Source: the human T2T-CHM13v2.0 reference genome, Homo sapiens. From it: 64,000 bases of DNA. Made by a program: the position numbers and the translations under genes. The notes below the pieces were generated by a model. It searched no databases and had not been told where the DNA came from. It was given only the letters and a program-made list of their open reading frames with translations. This document shows positions 1 to 12,975 of this stretch, piece by piece (position 1 is the first letter of the stretch; each line of letters opens with the position of its first letter). The stretch lies in assembly GCF_009914755.1 (NCBI RefSeq), contig NC_060945.1; one strand, 5' to 3'.

Positions 1-290
1 GTCCTGAGCTGTTCTGACCCTGGAGATGTGGGCTTAACTACAAGTGCATATTCCCATGTCTTTCCCAGCCACTGACAAGCTGGAATGCCTAAGATCGTCT
101 GGCTGCCAGGAACAGCTGGAAGAACACCAGCATGTGATAGGGGACAGAGATCCAGAGCACTTCAGGAGAACTCGGGGAGCAGGCACCATCTTCCACTGAA
201 GGGCAGGTTGTTATTAATCGTGGAAAATAATTGTTCTCAAAATCCTGGTTCTCTTAAAATGCAACTACCATATTTCATTTTTCTAGTGAG

Positions 291-395
291 TAGAGTCACC
301 AAATTTAGCAAATAAAAATGCGGTACAGCTAGTTACATTTGAACTTTAGATAAGCAGTGAGTGAGTTTTTATTGTATTTCTCATGGAGTATTTGG
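291..395. mobile_element. MER53-like hAT MITE fragment
   Basis: 'ccaaatttagcaaataaaaat...gttacatttgaactttagataa' resembles a MER53 terminal arm. Confidence 0.55.
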
Positions 396-745
396 TAAGC
401 CTAGCTCTGAGCAATGTTGATTTCTAGGTATCCTTTCTCTAGTTTAACCATCACAGATGTGACTGTGTTGGAAAACATTGGTTCCCAGATGTCATAGGAA
501 TGGTTGATAAGGGATGGCTCTTAGAACTCTGAATCAAGGAAAGGCCCAGGAACCCACAAGTATTCTACATCTTAACCACTATCCCAAAACAGCATTGCTA
601 TTGCTATTGCTATTCTTAACTCTCTCTGTAGTGGCAATGAAAATCCCACATTCTGCACATGTGAAGTGTCTCTCCACTGTACATTGTTTCCTTTTAATTT
701 TCCAAATTCATATTCTTCTCATTAAAATACCAGACACTCACATTA

Positions 746-1020
746 AGACAGAGTCTCCGTCTGTGGTTCAGGCAGGAGTGTAGTGGTACAATCATAGCTC
801 TCTGCAGCCTTGACTTTCTGGGCTCAAGCAGTCCTCCCAACTCAGCCTCTTCCCTGGTAGCTGGACTATAAATAAGCATGTGCCACAATGCTCAGCTACT
901 TTTTAAATTTTTTGTACAGACCGGCTCTCGCTATGTTGCCCAGGCTGGCCTCAAACTCCTGAACTCAAGCAATCCACCTACCTCAGCCTCCCAAAATGTT
1001 GGAATTACACTGCGCCCAGC
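746..1020 (-). mobile_element. AluJ-type SINE
   Basis: Both Alu arms in reverse, with AluJ-like motifs (gggctcaagc, atagctc, gctatgttgcccagg). Confidence 0.9.
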
Positions 1021-1177
1021 TCTTTTTTCTAAATAAATAAACAACACTTCGATTTCTGTTTTTAATCACCCCATCCCCATACGAGATCACTATTAATCGT
1101 GGTTGAAATTTCCCACAAAGTCAGTGTTGTCTTGCTTTGCACTATCAAAAGTTACCCTTATGGCCTACAAGGAATTA

Positions 1178-1257
1178 TCGGGTTGGTGCAAAAGTCACTG
1201 TGATTTAAGCCATTACTTTCAATGGCAAAAACAGCAGTGACTTTTGCACCAACCTAA
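1178..1257. mobile_element. MADE1 (Hsmar1-derived MITE; the family that gives rise to miR-548)
   Basis: 80 bp, arms ggttggtgcaaaag...cttttgcaccaacctaa, TA duplications at 1176-1177 and 1258-1259. Confidence 0.93.
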
Positions 1258-1667
1258 TACAAATATTTACGATTTTGATGTGACTTCTTTAAACGTCTGA
1301 ATACCCCAAATGTGTATTTAAAAAACTACTTTGAAACATTTTAGGTAAGTATGTATGAGTCAAAACATCTGTGAGGGGGAAAATGACAATTTATCTGTAT
1401 TTCAAAGATCCTATCTCCAACTTTACCGAGGTACAACTCGCGAAGGGCAGTGAGAGACTGTCGCAGTTTTGAGTCTGGTTTCATGTCTCTATTCTACCCA
1501 TATGTGGAGGTCATCTGATAAGCATGGGTCACCCTCATGGCAGGAGCAGTTCCTTATCCATGCTCATGGCCCTAACAGTGATCTTTCACACCATTCCTTG
1601 GGCAGAAACACATTTAATTATTGTTATGCAAGAAATGTATCCTTGCAAACCACTGAACTTGTCACAA

Positions 1668-2128
1668 GGTGGTTTGTAAACATTTCTCATGCAAATAACC
1701 CTCTGGTGACTGAGAGCAGTCCCTTCCAGGGCCTCTTTCCTGCAGTGCTGATTCAGTGGGGCGGGGGTGGCTGGCTCTCAAGGAGGGCCCAGGATCCCGC
1801 ATTGTTTTTTTGTTTGTTTGTTTTGTTTGTTTGTTTGTATTTTTTATTATTATCCTTTAAGTTCTAGGGTACATGTGCACGACGTGCAGGTTAGTTACGT
1901 ATGTATACATGTGCCATGTTGGTGTGCTGCACCCATTAACTCGTCATTTAACATTAGGTATATCTCCTAATGCTATCCCTCCCCCCTCCCCCCACCCCAC
2001 AACAGGCCCCGGTGTGTGATGTTCCCCTTCCTGTGTCCATGTGTTCTCGTTGGGTCTGCGTTTTAACCACTACCCCAATCTGACCCAAGTGATGCTGGTT
2101 CTCTGAACACACTTCGAAGAATAATGCT
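1668..2128. mobile_element. MER5-like hAT element split by an L1PA insertion
   Basis: 'gggcccaggatc' before and 'tctgcgttttaac...acacttcgaagaa' after the L1 resemble continuous MER5A sequence. Confidence 0.45.
1802..2052 (-). mobile_element. 5'-truncated L1PA4/5-like 3' UTR with (TTTG)n-degenerated tail
   Basis: Clear L1PA 3' UTR in reverse (ggtacatgtgcac...aactcgtcatttaacattagg). Confidence 0.92.
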
Positions 2129-2819
2129 GTCCCCTCTATAAACTGCTCACAGATCTACGAAGATGCCAGCAAAGTGACAGAGAAGGCTTATAGGTTTAAG
2201 ATCTCAAAAGAACTTCAATCCAGGGTTAAAGAGAAAAGCAAAACTAAAAGTTAAACATCAGAAGGATACCTCAGTCAAATGAGCTTTCCAGGGTTCCTCA
2301 ATCTTCCCCAATTCCTGAGCTTGATATTGACCTGGGAAAGGTCAAGCTTTAAAGTTAAATGCAGAACCTTTTAACAGCTGCCTATCTGGGGCCGAGGAGG
2401 GTACACATGTGGAGCAGGACCTGGAAGGCCATGCCATTCCTGTGGCCCCTGCACTCCTGGTCCTGCAGCACCTAGTAACCCAGCCTGGATCGGGCATGAC
2501 ATGTCATGCCACAAAATTCCCCTCTGCATTTGAACGTAGTCTTTCTTTCTCAGATACCCTCCATGGCCACTATTTTTCTACCACTGCTCTCTTCTGACCT
2601 AAACTAGTAAGTACAGTTTTCCCTTTGTTACACACTACAGGCATGATCTGCTTTTATCATTCAATGGCAACAATGTCTTGATATGGTCACTTGGTGTCCT
2701 GTGAAAATTATTTCTTCTGGGACACAGGTCGTGTTTTTGATGCAAATAAAAAACACTGTTGTCAGGGACAATAAAAGGCTTGGCTTCCTACAAATAGCAA
2801 AATTGAGATAAGAAAGCAA

Positions 2820-2955
2820 AGTTCATGCAACATAGCTGAGTGGACAGGACTCAGCTGAGTGCCTGACCACTTAGGTTTCACAGCTCCATCTCCACCATCC
2901 GACTACCCTTGCATAAGTTAATGAACCTCTCTGTGCCTCTGTGTCCTCATATTTA
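2820..2955 (+). mobile_element. MIR, left part (split by RPL34 retrocopy)
   Basis: 'aagttaatgaacctctctgtgcctctgtgtcctcat' matches the MIR core. Confidence 0.7.
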
Positions 2956-3387
2956 TTGTTTTTTTATGTCTCTTAATTTTTATGACTCATAAAAAGCTTT
3001 ATTTTTAATTTAGCTTTCTGCCTCTGTGCTTGTTCCTTCAACACTTTTGACAACAATTTTCTGCTCCTCAATAAGGACAGCATGCTTGATCCCTTCACAG
3101 GCACATTTAGCACACATGCAATCACCATAGGCCCTGCTGACATGTTTCAGTGTTTTGGACAAGCTCATAAGATTTTAGGTCTCACAGCATGAAACGCTTG
3201 AACACGCTGAATACAGATTTTGGTGCTTTCCGAAGCTTCTTGGTATAAAGGTAAACAATTTTACTACTATGGGTTCTGTGGCAGCCGAGTTTAGTAAGAA
3301 GCTGTATTGCAGGAAAGCCTATGACGATTTGTCAAACACTGGACCATTCTGAGTGCCTCTAGACATCATCCCCAGAAGAGGAAAAAG
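2956..3387 (-). pseudogene. RPL34P: Full-length processed pseudogene of ribosomal protein L34 (RPL34)
   Basis: Minus strand reads 5'TOP ctttttcctcttc, ATG at 3347-3345 (MVQCLTNRHRLSCNTASY*), then ...KHVSRAYG.., IEEQKIVV, ..AQRQKAK. No introns, poly(A) remnant, TSD ctcatattta (2946-2955) / ctcatcttta (3388-3397). Confidence 0.95.
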
Positions 3388-3510
3388 CTCATCTTTAAAT
3401 CAAAGAAAACTCCAGCAACGATCTGGCGAGGAATGCTTTGAAGTTTAGATGTCAGTTGATATCAAGTGCGTAGAATCCAGTATGCTCAGTAAATATGAGC
3501 TCTCATCATC
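3388..3510 (+). mobile_element. MIR, right part
   Basis: Resumes 'ctcatctttaaa' and ends in 'tgctcagtaaatatgagc', like a MIR tail. Confidence 0.55.
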
Positions 3511-3746
3511 ACTAGAAGAGAATGTTCAGAGCACTGATGCCCCCATCGGCTCCATGGACAATCATCATCGTTCCTGTCTTTCTGTGACCTACTCAATAAG
3601 AAACTATTATTGCCACTGGTTAGTTGCATCGTTCCATTGGCCACGTTAAGTACATTCATCTCCCCTTTCTTACCTAGAGCATGAACATATATGCAGTCTC
3701 TGAGACTCTGTTATCCCTATACTTTTCAAACCTCCGTCAATTATAG

Positions 3747-3747
3747 A

Positions 3748-3778
<31 letters not shown>

Positions 3779-3965
3779 GTATAACTACAACCTTGAGAGC
3801 AATGTTTGTCCCCAAAATAAAACAAGGATTCATTCTCTCTGTCTGCCCTTCTCTGATTCTATCTTTCATCTTTCTCATTCTTTCTTCCATCCTGTCTCTG
3901 TCTCAGTCTCTCCCTCTTCCTCCATCTCCCTCTCTCTCTTTCTTTCTCTCTCTCTCTCACACACT
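3747..3965. repeat. (TG)n microsatellite followed by a CT-rich low-complexity tract
   Basis: Seen directly. Confidence 0.85.
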
Positions 3966-5099
3966 CTCCTAAAATAGAAGTATAGTATTAAGAAGAAAAT
4001 AAGTAACTGCCTAATTTCCTAACATAAACATTTTCATTTTATTTCCTATGGTTCCCCCAACTACCCGTGTGAACAGAATTGAGAAACTATACTACCCCGG
4101 AAAATCGAATGACTAGAAATGAGCTTGTAACAGCCAATCTTTAAATCCTTTCATTCCTTCCCTACCCTTTCTCTTCCTTAGCTACGTACCATTCGCCTGT
4201 GAGGCTGGCATCCTGGCAAATAAGTGAATACATAGATTTACCCACAGAGAAGTCATGTTTTCTCTGCAACTCAATTGTTATTAAATACTTCAGAGCCAAC
4301 ATTTGGTAAGATGAGCTAATAACCACCCTTCATCCTAACTCCTTTAATTATTTGCCCTTAAACTGCCAACAGGGAAGAAAAGTTGGAAAGCCCCAAATTC
4401 TTTAATTGGGACTGTACCTGCAAGCATTACACTTCTAAATGAAGCCTCAAAGGCTCATACAATGGAATAGTGAGAAATGTTGCAGAAGAAGTCATCTAAA
4501 TATGCCATGAGGAGTTGTACAGCTTCAGAATCCAGTGGACTTTTTTCAAAGGGAGAATGCAATTGGGGAAGAGAAAGTGGAAGACAGAGGGTCTGAGATC
4601 ATGAAGTCTTATTCTGATGAGAACTAAAACATTTCCTAGAAACCAGAATGGGAAGTCAGTTTTTACAGGTTCTAGCATTTCACAACTTCCGAAGATGTGC
4701 AGGTGGCTAAAACTGACTTTTTATTTCTTAAAAAAAAAAATCTACCTGGCATTGCATTTGCAAGAGGGCTCAGGCCTGCTGCTGCTTTGTGATAGAATAA
4801 TTAATAATTATTATTATAATTACTAATTATTATAATTAATAATACCAGAAGTCCATGGTACCATTTTCTCATGAGAACTACACAATAGCTAAGCTTTCTG
4901 GAAACTTAAAACATCTCAAAATGCATGGTACACTTTTTTTTTTCACCAAAATTTCCCTAAAATATACTATTTTACAAGGTTAATTCCTAGAATTACAGAG
5001 GAAAAAAACCCTGAAATTTTGAATTCATGCAGAAGAAATGAACTATAGTAGTTTGTACTTTCTGAAAGCATATTCTCTGACTTTGTTATAAGAGTTCCA

Positions 5100-5398
<299 letters not shown>

Positions 5399-5711
5399 TC
5401 CAGCATATATAAAATACTTTCTTATTTTTCTGACCAGGGTTTCAAAAAGGGAACAACCCAAATGTGATGGTCTACCTAGTAAATCACAACCATATTCATA
5501 TCTATAAACTCAAGTTGCTTAACAAAGGCAAATTAGGATTTTTTTCTCTTTAGGTGTTTGTTAATACCTGTAAAGAATGGGACACAGTGGAAACGTGATG
5601 CGATATATTTAGTCTAGTACCAATCTGAGTTAAAATGAAGGATGTAACTGAAAGAAAGAAATATGATGTAAAGAGAGATTTATTTGTATATTATTTCCCT
5701 AAGACAGTTTC

Positions 5712-5731
5712 CTTCTAGAAACTTCTAGAAG
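5712..5731. promoter_or_regulatory. Perfect 4-unit heat-shock element motif
   Basis: cTTCt aGAAa cTTCt aGAAg; motif only, function untested. Confidence 0.45.
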
Positions 5732-8334
5732 TTGAATGGCTATGCAAAAGTATCTTCTTGTTTCTTAACTTGTATTGCCAGGATGCATTGCACTGAAAAC
5801 GGTAAAGTGGAATGAGATCTCTGCTTTCCTTAGTTACTCTCAAATTAACAGCTGGTTAACAAAAGCCGTCTTAGGTATTAGTAGCTCAAAAACCTCTTCT
5901 ATGTATTACAAAGCCCTACAACAAGTGAGCCCAGGAGGTCAATGAAAATGCAATGTATGGACTTTTCCTATCCAGGCAGGGCTCATTTTCCATTGTTTTA
6001 TTTCTGAAATGAAGAGCATTTCCAAAGCTGTTTGAGGAAGCTGGGCTGCTTGATGATTGAAGAGACATGTGATGAACACCCAAGTTCTCCATCTTAGTCA
6101 CCACATCAGCATCAGGGATGTGATAATAGCTGTACTGTCCTAAATGCATACTTTCCAAAGATTGGCCTTGCTTGCTGCTTTCTGGAAAGGAAGTGTCCAA
6201 TGCATGCCTTTCTTCTTTAGGAAAAAAAAAGCTCCATTATATGCAGCTTCAGTAAACATCTCCCTTTGGTTTGATTTCCCACTCTTCAGACAATTAATTA
6301 TACTCTTCAGGCTCCTAAGAGTAAAATCTAAATTCATTACTTTTTTTTTAAATTTATGACTTTAAACAGAAAATTAATGTTACTGAAATAAACAGAACTT
6401 TAGAAATCAAGCCAGTAACTGTATCCCACCCACCCCCTACAAAACAAAACACAAAATTAAAATAGCAAGTCAAACGAAAATTAAATAGACAAAAATTAAA
6501 AGCCAAAAGTGCCATGTGATTGTGTGTACAGTTTATCACCCTGTAAAAATCTAGATGAATTGGTGCAATGCAAATAAAACTTCAAATAAGTACATCAATT
6601 TTAAAAAGAAATGAATTCCTTTTCCCCCATAAAATTAGAAAGTGATAGTAGAGAAAATGAGAAAATGTTGAAAAGATAACAGATGTGTTGGGGTTATTCT
6701 GTTTCAGACTTTACCCAAGAGAAAGCGATTGGAGAATTGCCTAATCCTGGTATCATGTTTCCGGCTATGACAGGAAGAGATAGATCATAATAGATAAAAA
6801 TGGAAAATGTTGTGAAAAAATCAAATACTTCTAAGAAAGACAAAACGCAAGACTCAGCTGTGGTGAGTGTTAAAGGAAATGAGTGTCGCAACTAGATGAA
6901 GCTCAAGACATATATTTAAACATGTTCTAATGGTGGAACAGTGAGAAGAACAGCTAAGAATAATGGCCTAAGACAGTCTCAGAAACCCAGGGCTCAGCCC
7001 CTGACTCTTTACCCTCAGTGATTCTCCCCATCAAACCCCATGATCTGTCTGGGCAGTCTTATTCTCAACACCTCCCTTGATGGAAGTCTAATCTCAGCTT
7101 CTAGATATTCTAACCAGAGGTCTAAGTCAATCCTTTCTGAAATTTAAATTCAATTCTTTTTTTAACCTGACTCTCAAGAGAAAAATTCAGGTACTTTCTA
7201 TTTCCAATTCCCTTCTCTAAACTGAAACATAATGTAACTTACTTACTCTTCTCCCCATGAAATAGCTTACAACTTTTTGACCTCTACCAATGGAATAACT
7301 CTCACACACATACTCCTATGATCAGGCCTCTGATAAATATTCAATTATGTTTTCCACTTCTTCCCAGGGAGTTGCCTGCAACAGAAACTGCAAATGGCAT
7401 ACGAAAGTTTCCTAATTAAAAAATAAACCATATGAGTGATCATCTGCTTAACGTCTTCCTCCTCACTAGAATATAGGGTTCATAACATCAGAGACCCTGT
7501 CTCTCATTCTTAGCTGACCCATGGCAAGTACTGAATATGCATTTGCTGTATGTCTGGATCACTGAGTGAGGGAATGAACGGACCAACACAACTCAGGGCA
7601 GAATTTGTCTTTTCTCATAACCCCAGACTTTCCCATCTGTTTTGTTAACTTGAGACACAACACTTCCCAGAGAAGTGAACAAGCTAGTACTGAGGTCTGG
7701 GGGGCCTTCACGGAGAATGCTGGTGTTCTTGGAAAAACACGATAGTGGTTGAAGGAAAAGGAAATGCAGCCATCATTTGTTCCAAGGGAACTAAGCCTAA
7801 ATCAAACACGTTTGACGACTCAGATGGGCTCCAAAAACAAATACAGAAATATTTATTACCCGAGTCGTTAGGCAGATTTAGAACAAGCAGACTTGTTTAG
7901 ATCTCCTTTTATAAATAGAGTTAAGTACAATATGCTTTTTCAAAAATATATTTTTTAATTGTAAAGACTCTTGGGATTGTCTGGTAGAGAAAAAAATAAT
8001 AACCACAGCAACATTCCTTGAAACATACCTTTCTGATTACTCACGAATCCTCATGAAAACATTTTGGGGTAAAAGACATTAGTATTTAGTTTAAAAATAT
8101 AATCAGCAAATCCAGGAGAGAGCAGCTTCCCTGAAGATAACTCCCTACACTGATGCTGGGGTTAAAAGGGGTGTGGAATGTTCCATCACCTCACTGACAC
8201 CCTGGACCACCTGGGAGCCAGCTGCCACTCTCATCTTTAACCCAGACACCAAGTTCACTGTCCCCGTCAGGACCATGATCTTAACTTCAGATATGCATCA
8301 GAAGCAGAAGAAAAACAAAGCTGTGTTCTATAAA

Positions 8335-8575
8335 CAGTAGTAGTATCTTACATTTTGCATAGTACCTTGCCATTTACAATGAGCTTCTATGTATATTATT
8401 TCACTTAAAGACCAGGACAATCCTGTGAGGTAGACATGCTAGTACTATGAATGCCTGTTTAATAGACGAGAAAAATGAATCTGAGAAGGTGAAGTGGGTT
8501 GCCCACCATCATGTGTTAGCCAGGTCTAGAGCCTAGGACATCTAAACCTCAAAGGAGTGGGAGTCTTACTACCAA
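8335..8575 (-). mobile_element. MIR
   Basis: 'acaatcctgtgaggtag...gagaaggtgaagtgggttgcccac' is the reverse MIR core. Confidence 0.75.
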
Positions 8576-8727
8576 CTGTGGTTAGATGACAGCTACCATT
8601 TGCCCTCTATTCAAGACAGATATCAAAAATTAGATTCAGAGCCTAGCAAGTAAGCATTCATCTGTTAAAACTTTATTTTTCCATGTTAAAAAGCTAATGG
8701 AAAGGAAAGAGTAGAGAGGGAAGTCGT

Positions 8728-8885
8728 GCTTAGTATCTCTGTGTCTCAGTTTTCTCATCTGTAAAATGGGTCTAACTATAGAACCAAATGCACAGAGTTG
8801 TTGTGAGATTGTAAAGACCCTGTAAAGTTGCTGACGATGGCCTCAGGATGGTAGACAGTGTTCAATAAAGCTTGGCTATTACCAT
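8728..8885 (+). mobile_element. MIR
   Basis: 'tctcagttttctcatctgtaaaatggg...gttgttgtgagatt'. Confidence 0.8.
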
Positions 8886-11800
8886 AAATGAGATCGTCCA
8901 GACAACTGCAATAGGAAACTTATTTTCCATCACTTCTTTCACAGGATATCTGGCCTGAGGTGAATCCAAACTTTAAAAGGTGGATTAATTATGGCAGTAA
9001 GTTAATAAGTCACTATCATGTAGATTATAGGAGTGTTTTCTTTAAATTATAACTAAATTAAAGAGAGTCTGTGCTAGAAGGATAAGCACATGCTTGGAAC
9101 CAAACAGATGAGGCAGTCCTGAAAATCAATCTCTGCTGCTTTCTGGTGTTGGGTTCTGAGATACTCTGACCTCCTCGTTCTTGATCCATGTCCACATCCA
9201 CTGCTCATGCTTAGACATGATGAGCCTTTCTTACTTCCTTTTATACACAGAAGTGATGCTAAAGCAAGTGCCTTCCTCTTCTTTTCTGAGAAATCTTGCA
9301 GTACAGAAACTTGTTAAAATTAGTTTAACCCATCATTTTCCAAACTTATGTAAACACAAAATGTTTAAGTATTAATGTTCCACAAACATGATCTGGGAAA
9401 CACTGCATTAGAGTACAAAATGAGCAAAAGTCGGGAACCTCTTGGATACCATTGAAAGTTGACAGTTGAGAGGTATTATCACCTATGAGTAATCCTGTGA
9501 CGCAAACCCAGAGAATAACTTTTTGGCTGCCCCAGTGAGTTCCCGAGAACATGGATGAACCTCGGTCCCAAGCTTTATACAAAGTTAGCTTTAGAATCTT
9601 TCCAGATACTGCTGGCTCTGGCTACATAGTAGACTAAGTTATTATGGAAATCTTAATACTGTAAAGCAATAACAATGTTGAATAAAATAAAAATAAGTTA
9701 AAAATATAACTGTGTACACAAGAAAGAAAGTAAAATCACAGATTCCAGAAATAAAGAGGGAACTGAAAGCAGTGTTTGTAAGCACTGGAACTGAAACTGG
9801 TGAGCCTAGGGAGGGAAGAAAAGAAAGGGTTTGGGAGGAAGGAGATTCTAATGGCTTGGGAAGTGAGAATCCCAGAGATTGGAGACCAGGTTTTTGGCTC
9901 ACTCAAGGTGGGATGTTGACACTGAGACATTTTCATAAACTCAGAATTTTCAAATGACCCCACCCCAATTATTCTCTATCCAGCTAGTCAACATTGCAAA
10001 GATTTTCTATGCCCAGAGATCTTCATGGAGAAGGAAAGATCCCCATGAAAAATAAAAACCCTATACCAGCATGATGCATAGGTTGAGAGACTGCCATTCT
10101 ACTATCTCTCTGGTATTCAAATCCTCAGAATGAGAATTTAACATAAAGTTTGCCCAGCCTGGTGAGATGCTGGAGGACTCACATTAGCAAATGCAAAACC
10201 ACTTCAGAGAGACTCTCCTTAACTTAGGCCACAAAATGTATTTCTCACTGAAAATAAGTGCATAGTAAAAAATACTAAAATACACCAACAAATACTCCAT
10301 TATCAATAAACTCAAAAAACAGAAATATTTGAAATCTAAAGACATCAGGGAAAAAAATCTGAAAAAAACTATCAATTCAAGATGTTAAAGATAGGAAAGA
10401 AAGAATAAAGCTCAGTAGGTAAAAATAAGACTACATTTACAAAAAAGTATAAATTTTATAAGAATGAAATAAAACTTCTAGAAATTATAAAATAAGATAC
10501 TAAAATTAAAACTCAGTAGATGAGTTAGTCAACAAATTAGACAAAGCCGAAGAAAGAAATAGTGAACTGAAAGTCAGTTCTGAGGAAATTATACAGAATG
10601 AACAGAAAGACAGAGATTTTAAAAATGGATAAGTTAAGATATGGTAGATAGAATGAGAATAGCTAGCATGAAGCTAATAGGAATTCCAGAAGGAGCAAAT
10701 AGAATGTGAGAGAAGTAATACTTGAAGAGACAATGGTGAAGAATTTTGTAAAAATTGATGAAAGTTGTAAGTCCTTAGATTAATTTAATTAGTAAATTCT
10801 TAGCTGAATGAAAAATAAATTCACACTTAGACTAAATAAGTGGAACTTCAGAACATCTAAGACAAAGAGAATATGTCTGTAAAAGCTAGTTTAAAAAATT
10901 TACAATCTAACAGCCGTTAGATTGTGAAGAACTGATCAGCAACAGTAGAGTCAAGAAGAGAATGAAGTAATATCTTCAAATGGCTAAGGAATATTAGTAA
11001 ATTAAGAAAAAAATGAAAGCGTTTGTACTCTTTGACCTGCACTGAAATAATTATTAAAATATGATCTCTGTAAAGAAGGAAATTGAACTCAGAAAGACGT
11101 GGTGAGATTAGAAAAAAACAAAAACAATAGTGAGTAGTGAGCAAAGGCATTTATAAACATAGTTCTATCTCATAAACATGAGCTATAAATATAACAGTAA
11201 TGATGATTTTTATTTATATAAAAGCAAGGAAAAAATAAATATTAGACCACAACATGATAGACTATTTGGGGTTTTTTACAGTTATAAATACCTTCTAAGG
11301 TATTTATATTGTGGAAAAGAAGAATAGAAAAGGGTAGAGATAAAATTTAGTGGTTTTTTTTTAAAAGGTTAAGTTTACTTGTTAACATAAGGGTGGATAC
11401 TGAAAATGGAAATAAAATGCATGCTTCCCAAAGCAGGGAAAAGGTAGGGTAGGGGTCAGCACATAAAGAAAACTCAATCAAATATGAGTATGAAAATTAA
11501 ATTTTTAAAAAAGAAAGTAAAAGTATAACAAATGCCTCAGTTTTAACAACCAACTGAACATATAAAAAGAGAGAAAATTAACCCTCATCTTGCATTATGT
11601 GGAGATATATGTCCCATATAAATTAAAATCCTAAAAATAAAAAGATATAAGTATAATATACAGTATATATACACACACATAGCATATTTTTATAAACACA
11701 TACATCTCTATGTATGTAAATCATATATTATATATATATATATAGCTAAAATTGCAGGATAGGGTAATGATGTCTTAGAAAACCAACAAAAGAAGCACAA

Positions 11801-11917
11801 ACCAAAAGGAAAATGATTGATACAACTGACTCTATTGTAATTAAAATGTCTGTGTATCAAGAGGGACCATTAAAAACTTGAAACAAGCAAAGACTTGGAG
11901 GAATTATTATTACTTTC

Positions 11918-12484
11918 TGTGGCTGAGAAAATGTTTCAAAGATGGCTGCTGTGATATATTCCATCGCATCCCATATGTCTTTCTTAAGTGTGATGTTGAC
12001 ACTCTTCCCACAGAGTGGCAAAGTTCACGTCCCATACCTTTGACCCTAGCTGAAACTTCCAGTCTGCCTTGATCGACAGAGTACATGGAGAGCAAGGCTA
12101 AGTCAGTTCTGAGGCTGAGCCACAAAAAACATCATGCACTTCTGCTTTGTCTCCTGTGAGACTTGCTCTCGGAACCCACCACCACACTGCAAGGGAACCC
12201 AGGGCACAGTGGAGGGGCCATGTGTAAATCTTCCAACTGATAGCCTCATCTGAGGTCGAGTCAACCGCCAGCAATAGCTACCAGGTGCATGAGTGAGTGA
12301 ATGAGCATTCCATTAACCCAAGCCCCAGCCACTACCTGACTCAGCTGCATGAAAAACCCCACGTGAGCCTCCTGGTTGGGTCCAGTCAACCCACAGGACC
12401 ATGAGAGATAATAATAAAGTTACTGGTATTGTTTGAAGCTACCTAGTTTGGGATAATTTATTGTATAGCAATGCATAACTGACA
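11918..12484 (+). mobile_element. MLT1H-like MaLR solo LTR
   Basis: tgtggc...caaagatggctgc start; 'ttattgtatagcaatgcataactgaca' end. Confidence 0.8.
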
Positions 12485-12727
12485 CACTATTCAAAATCAA
12501 AAAGAAAACAATAACTCAATAAATAACATGGTGAAAAAAATATGAACAAATAATTCACAAAAGAGGAAACATGGTTAGATGACAAAGACACAAAAAAAAG
12601 ACTCAACCTCATTTATATATACCAGAAATCAGGTAGATACAAATGAAAGCAACAGCCTAAGACCATTGTACACTTACCTTTTTGTCAAGAACTTAAAACT
12701 CTTAATAGCAAATATTGAGAGATGCAA

Positions 12728-12975
12728 GCTACAGTCATGGTTAAGAGGGCAGGCTCAGGGGCCAGGCCGCCAGGCATCTAATTCTAGTTCCACTCACAAA
12801 CTTTGTGGCCTTGAGCAAATAATATAAGCTTTGTATACTTCAATCTCCTCATCTGCAAAATGGGTTTCTGCCTAGGATTGTTGTGAGAGTTAAATGAGTT
12901 AATATGTATAGAGTGCTTAGACTGTGCCTGGCAGAGGAAGCAATGAATAAGTGTTTATGATGACAATAATGATGA
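12728..12975 (+). mobile_element. MIR
   Basis: Near full-length: 'ggttaagag...ctcatctgcaaaatggg...gttaaatgagttaatatgta'. Confidence 0.85.

Noticed and set aside
5916-6200. 94-aa ORF in unique sequence
   Set aside because: Non-ATG start, no recognisable domain, no convincing splice boundaries.
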